Source: Eledone cirrhosa (Eukaryota). From it: DNA of 64,000 nt. A program made the position numbers and the translations under genes. Shown piece by piece: positions 58,129 through 64,000 of the stretch. The DNA lies in contig CAXHJY010001504.1 in NCBI GenBank assembly GCA_964016885.1, positions 62,001-126,000 on the forward strand, read 5' to 3'. How positions within the stretch are numbered: the stretch's first letter is position 1; every line of letters starts with the position of its first letter. The notes beneath the pieces were generated by a model. That model saw only the letters and a program-made list of their open reading frames with translations, did not search any database and was not told the origin of the DNA.

Positions 58129-58483
58129 TGTTTCTACTTTTGGCACAAGGCCAGTAATTACCCAAGTGCATTACTGGTACTTTATTTTATCGATCCCGTA
58201 TCGATGAAAGGCAGAGTTAACCTCGGCGGAATAATGTATTTTATTTTAGGCACAAGGTCAGCAATTACCACAGTACATTACTGGTACTTCATTTTATCGA
58301 CTCCGCAAGGATGAAAGGCAAAGTTAACCTCGGCTGGATTTGAACTCAGAACGCAAAACTTTATAATAATGGTTTATCATTTAGGCACAAGGCCTCCAAT
58401 TGTGTGTATGTGTAGGGGGTACTTTATTTTATCGATCCCGTAAGGATGAAAGGCAAAGGCAACCTCGATGGGATTTGAACTCT
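57562..58483 (-). mobile_element. SINE S1 cluster (about six units, one full head at 58000-58074)
   Basis: Repeated GGCACAAGG...GGATGAAAGGCAAAG. Confidence 0.87.
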
Positions 58484-59076
58484 TAGATTATTTTGAGTGT
58501 GTGCTGCTTCTGCAGTAGGATCTCCCCCACCCCCGACGACTGCAGAAGTCTGATGATGATGATGAATGAAAATAATAATAATATTTTTTTTTATTTGCTA
58601 CACGGGCATAGATGAAGGAGACATTACAAAGACAGTTGCAACATTAAGGCAAGGGTTTACATAGAGATGAGAAAAAAGGGGTCACATGTATACATAGGAC
58701 ATAAATTAGGTATACATAGTATACTATCATATGAGGTTTTCAGTACTCCTGTTATGAATGAGGGAGATGACTGTTGTTATGTTATAGTTCCGTAACTCAT
58801 GATAGAGTCGAAAGGGCGTCGTATTGACATACGTCGTTTCTTGGGCATATGTATGACCGTACATACATATGTCATATTTGGACACCCTGCGGGATGAAAT
58901 ACAAGACCCGGCAAAGGACGGAGGAACTCAACAGAGTCAACAGCCATCCAAATAATACTTTTTTTTTTTCCACCTGGGAGTGAAAGGCCCCCAGTTGTTG
59001 TTACAACACCTTTCTAGGAGAGGGAAACTCTGAAAAAATTTATATGAAGATATGAAAACATATATATATATGAATT

Positions 59077-59110
<34 letters not shown>

Positions 59111-59245
59111 GTAATAATAATAAATTTCAAGACTATTTTAATATATATATATATATATATATTTTAAATTAACTTAATTGTTTAAGCGTCAGTCATACAA
59201 AAGTGAGTTAGAAGCGAAACGAAATTTAATTTCGTTTCGTTATTT

Positions 59246-59321
<76 letters not shown>

Positions 59322-59359
59322 TTTTAAAAGAATAGAGGTGTAACACACGAGTTATGATA

Positions 59360-59643
59360 TATTGGTAAACGGAAAAGAAAATGCTGACAAATTGTTCACA
59401 GTGAAAAATAGTTTAATTAGGAATAAGTGAACATTAGTAATAGTATTGGTTAGTATCCAGATTAGAGCAAACATCACGGGCGCTCTATCTCAAAATTATT
59501 TTTGAAAAGCATTAGAAATGCGCAACCGGTAATACTTAAAACCAAAACTGAATACTAACCAATACTTATTACTAATTTTTACTTATTCCTAATTAAACTA
59601 TTTTTCACTGTGAACAATTTGTCAGCATTTTCTTTTCCGTTTA

Positions 59644-59649
<6 letters not shown>
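59360..59649. repeat. Palindromic element end with a central degenerate U3-A8 hammerhead-like motif
   Basis: Arms 59360-59460 / ~59548-59649; centre TTGAAAA-GCAT TAGAA ATGC-GCAA-CCGG-TA. Confidence 0.7.
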
Positions 59650-59686
<37 letters not shown>

Positions 59687-59725
59687 GATATTAATAAATG
59701 GAAACTATATTTATAAAACCATATT

Positions 59726-59790
59726 TATTTCATTATACATATTTCAGGGATACCACATTAAATTATGGTATGCCTTCATCAGACAAAATA
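59726..59790 (-). ncRNA. Type I hammerhead (family G) within palindrome 59684-59964
   Basis: Minus strand reads tattttgt-CTGATGA-AGGcATACCA..TGGTATcCCT-GAAA-TATGTA-TA-atgaaata. Confidence 0.75.
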
Positions 59791-60050
59791 CAATATATAA
59801 CAGTTTTACAAATAGCTTTGACGTACCCTTTTAAAATACAACCATTACTTTTGGAGGGCATTTTGTCTTTGAAGGCATACCATAATTTAATGTGGTATCC
59901 CTGAAATATGTATAATGAAATAAATATGGTTTTATAAATATAGTTTCCATTTATTAATATCGTATGTCTACTCCAAAAATTTGTCGAGTGCTTTATATCA
60001 GTTATAAAAATATTTACTTGTTGTATCCCAACAATTTTAAATAGAACTTT

Positions 60051-60106
<56 letters not shown>

Positions 60107-60469
60107 TACGTATACGTATATATGTATATTAAACATTTTTTTAAAACCTGCGGCTTCGAAAGCATCCGATGATGTTGACCAGTTCTCCTTTTCGGGTAGG
60201 GTTTTCGATGCTCAGAGAGTGGGATTGGTCGAGTACAAGACCTTTCCCCTCTTAAAAAACCCTTCAAAGCACAGGCATTTCCTGTTCAGGATCTGTTACA
60301 AGCGATTGAAATACTCTTAGCCTTCATGTACTCTGCAGCCATCATGTACTCTTAGCCATCATGAAATACTCTGCAGCCATCATGTACTCTCCAGGCCTGA
60401 GTACAGCAGATTTCTTCCAGAGAAAGATAGAAAGTGAGGGAATAGAAGTGAGAAAGAGATATAGAGGAA

Positions 60470-60610
60470 GAATCGACCCTAGTACTTGACTGGTACTTTT
60501 TTTATCGACCTCGAAAGGATGAAAGGCAAAGTTGACCTCGATGGGATTTGAACTCAGAGAGCAGAGAGCCGGAACAAATACCATAAAGCATTTTATCCGA
60601 CGTTCTAACG
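60470..60610 (-). mobile_element. S1-related SINE with a different head
   Basis: Same core CTGGTACTT..TATCGACCTCGAAAGGATGAAAGGCAAAG, head AACAAATACC..AAGCATTT..CCGACGTTCTAACG. Confidence 0.7.
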
Positions 60611-60917
60611 TGGTGGTGGTGGTGTTGGTATTGCTGTTGTATTGGTGGTTAGTATTAATGGGGGCGGTGGTATAGGTATTACGATTGTCAGTGATGGTGG
60701 TGGTGTTGGTATTGCTGTTGTATTGGTGGTTAGTATTAATGGGGGTGGTGGTATAGGTATTACGATTGTCAGTGATGGTGGAGATGGTGTTGATATTGCT
60801 GTTGTAGCCAGTGGTTGTCAAAGCGCTGTATCATTCCAGAGATTTCAAAGAAAATACTATTGTGCGCGTGTATAAACATATATGAATACTATATTACTAA
60901 TAGAGACTAGTATGGCC

Positions 60918-61023
60918 ATCCTGCCAAGGTTAACTTTGCCTTTCATCCTTATGTGGTCGATAAAATAAAGTACCAGTAATGCACTTGTGTAATTGGTCGC
61001 CTTGTGCCAAAAGTAGAAGCAAT
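60918..61023 (+). mobile_element. SINE S1 3' fragment
   Basis: S1 core and tail. Confidence 0.8.
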
Positions 61024-61123
61024 TTTCCAACACTACTGATTACTTTAACGAAAGTAGAATGTGGAGTTATTTAAACGATTAAGCTTCAATGTAGGGATTA
61101 CATGTCTTTAGATAATATATATA

Positions 61124-61344
61124 TATATATCCAAAATTAAATTAAGGGTTGTCATGTCAGAGAGACATGCACCATATCCACTGTAGAATAAGCTCAAAGA
61201 TTCCAATTAATAGATGCGAACATTTTATATCAACTTGAAATAGATTGACATATATATTAATTGGAATCTTTGAGCTTATTCTACAGTGGATATGGCGCAT
61301 GTCTTTCAGACATGACAACCCTTAATTTAATTTTGGATATATAT
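61124..61344. repeat. Palindromic element end (~80-bp arms)
   Basis: TCCAAAATTAAATTAAGGGTTGTCATGTC...TTCCAATTAATA / TATTAATTGGAA...GACATGACAACCCTTAATTTAATTTTGGA. Confidence 0.88.
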
Positions 61345-61775
61345 ACGGCCCCTTGATTGTTGAACTAACTCAGTTGAATAGACTCGGCTGCTATTTCTAG
61401 CTGTCGATAATCCTATTCACGCAACTGGGATGACGCTGTGCGATGTGTGTAATTTTTAAAAATGCAACACGTGGTTCGAGTCATTCTCAGATTTGCATTT
61501 GCTTTGTAAACGCAGATAGTTATTTTCTTCTCCCTTGGTGACCATCCAGGATTTGACTACTGTCATTTACTGATTAATTGGTGAAATATATTTCTTACTT
61601 AAAGAAATATATACAAAGGAGATTAATCATTTTAAAAGGTATCTATATTTGAAGTTCTAGTTAAACTTTAATTAGGTACCTACCTAGCTATGTGTGCTTA
61701 CATCCTTTACAAATTATTCCCTGTGATTGTTCCATGTATTTATTTTATATATATATATATCAATCTATTTCTAGT

Positions 61776-61836
<61 letters not shown>

Positions 61837-61870
61837 GGGAAGTAAGGTTCTATACAAAACAGTGGATTTA

Positions 61871-62445
<575 letters not shown>

Positions 62446-62682
62446 TATTAAAGGTGCAAATAAATTGCGTCCGTAGGCGGTATGCCGAATGAGCACTCGA
62501 TACTCTTGGGGACCAGAGTATCAATAATAATATTATATAAGTGAACAAAGAATCAGTGCTGCATCATATACATATTTAATTACATATTACGTATGTTTCA
62601 CTGTCGATTAGCGCGAGGAACGATCGATCCTGACTCTGGAATGGGAAGCTCCTCAGATATGTGTTCACATAATACCTGTATA

Positions 62683-62737
<55 letters not shown>

Positions 62738-62878
62738 AAAAGAATGAAACGAAATTTTATTTCTCACTCTTAGAACGGCTGATACCTAAATATAAGTATG
62801 TATATATACGTACATACATATATACATGCATACTGCTGTACGTCTGTACACATATATGTATGTACGTATATATACATA

Positions 62879-62959
<81 letters not shown>

Positions 62960-63237
62960 TAAAATTTAAGCAAAGTTTAAGCAAAGTTTAAGCAAAGAAT
63001 CGCTGCTTTCACCCTTAACGGGATCTTCTGAAACTGATATATATGTATATATATATATATATATATAAAGAAAAAGGGATGAAATCGAAGATGCAACTGA
63101 AGTCTTATTTAAAAAAAAAATATATATATATATTTGGTTCCTTTACCGGTTTCGCAGTTCTTCTGCTTTTCAAAAGGTGAGTTGAGATGGAGGGTCTGTG
63201 GTTTTTCCACAAACCACAGACCCTCCATCTCACCTCA

Positions 63238-63275
63238 CCTTTTGAAAAGCAGAAGAACTGCGAAACCGGTAAAGG
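63238..63275 (+). ncRNA. Minimal hammerhead with a U3-A8 core (TTGAAAA); identical mirror copy on minus at 63140-63177
   Basis: cctt-TTGAAAA-GCAG AAGAA CTGC-GAAA-CCGG-TA-aagg, in palindrome 63066-63349. Confidence 0.7.
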
Positions 63276-63406
63276 AATCAAATAAATATATATATTTTTT
63301 TTTTAAATAAGACTTCAGTTGCATCTTCGATTTCATCCCTTTTTCTTTATACTTCCACTCGTGTAGGACACCTCGGTTATTTTTCATTTTGTAAAAAAAA
63401 CCTCAC

Positions 63407-63480
<74 letters not shown>

Positions 63481-63484
63481 TCAG

Positions 63485-63725
63485 GTCTTTACTGACTGAG
63501 GTTAGCTGTACATGCTCACCGACATCCGGAGTTGCCACTGCATTCAGTGCACCTGTGGGAGCCCCATGAATGGACACACTAGAAGAGGGAGACCGTGGTT
63601 GACATATGTTGATGCCTTAAGGACAGACACTGCTCTATTAGAGGCGCAGGACATGGAAGCGATGATGAGGGACCGAGACCGCCGGAGAGAACTCGTCTAT
63701 GGATCTCGGGAATTTTATCCGCCCT

Positions 63726-63727
<2 letters not shown>
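63485..63727 (+). pseudogene. RTE-like LINE 3' coding fragment
   Basis: LAVHAHRHPELPLHSVHLWEP / GHTRRGRPWLTYVDALRTDT..MMRDRDRRRELV (RTE C-terminal GRP..TY.D..DR pattern). Confidence 0.7.
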
Positions 63728-63769
<42 letters not shown>

Positions 63770-63801
63770 AGAACAAAAGATGGTTAAAAGAGTTCCATGT
63801 A

Positions 63802-64000
63802 TTTTATTATGCGCATTTCAAAAACAAATATCATCATGCAATAATATTTGTGTTTTCATCAGATAAAACAGGATATGTTGATTTAAAACTGAACTATCCA
63901 CAAGTGTTTTTTAACCTTCATATCATGTCCTCCTGTTTTATCTGATGAAAACACAAATATTATTGCATGATGATATTTGTTTTTGAAATGCGCATAATAA
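63802..64000. ncRNA. Two family H hammerheads in inverted orientation (63802-63868 minus; 63936-64000 plus, cut by the window end)
   Basis: ttttat-CTGATGA-AAAcACAAATAT..ATATTTGTtTTT-GAAA-TGCGCA-TA-ataa. Confidence 0.75.

Overview
Eukaryotic, very AT- and microsatellite-rich, apparently non-genic DNA. The SINE and repeat landscape resembles octopod cephalopod genomes; this is inferred from remembered repeat consensus, not from a search. No intact host gene is supportable. The window holds one ~5.8 kb Helitron (5415-11212) with a disrupted Rep/helicase ORF, many copies of a tRNA-derived SINE, 3' fragments of Tx1/L1-, RTE-, R4/Dong- and CRE-like LINEs, and three MITEs. The main observation: many short 'unique' islands between (TA)n tracts are inverted-repeat (palindromic) element ends that carry type I hammerhead ribozyme (HHR) folds. 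By eye I count about two dozen complete folds in about 11 unrelated families. They show stem covariation, palindromic stem III loops, and recurrent non-canonical cores (U3-A8, U4A, U4C, and a U.U pair at the base of stem II). This fits (TA)n-targeting Penelope-like element ends or retrozymes, although no Penelope ORF is present. All folds were read manually and none was computed or tested.
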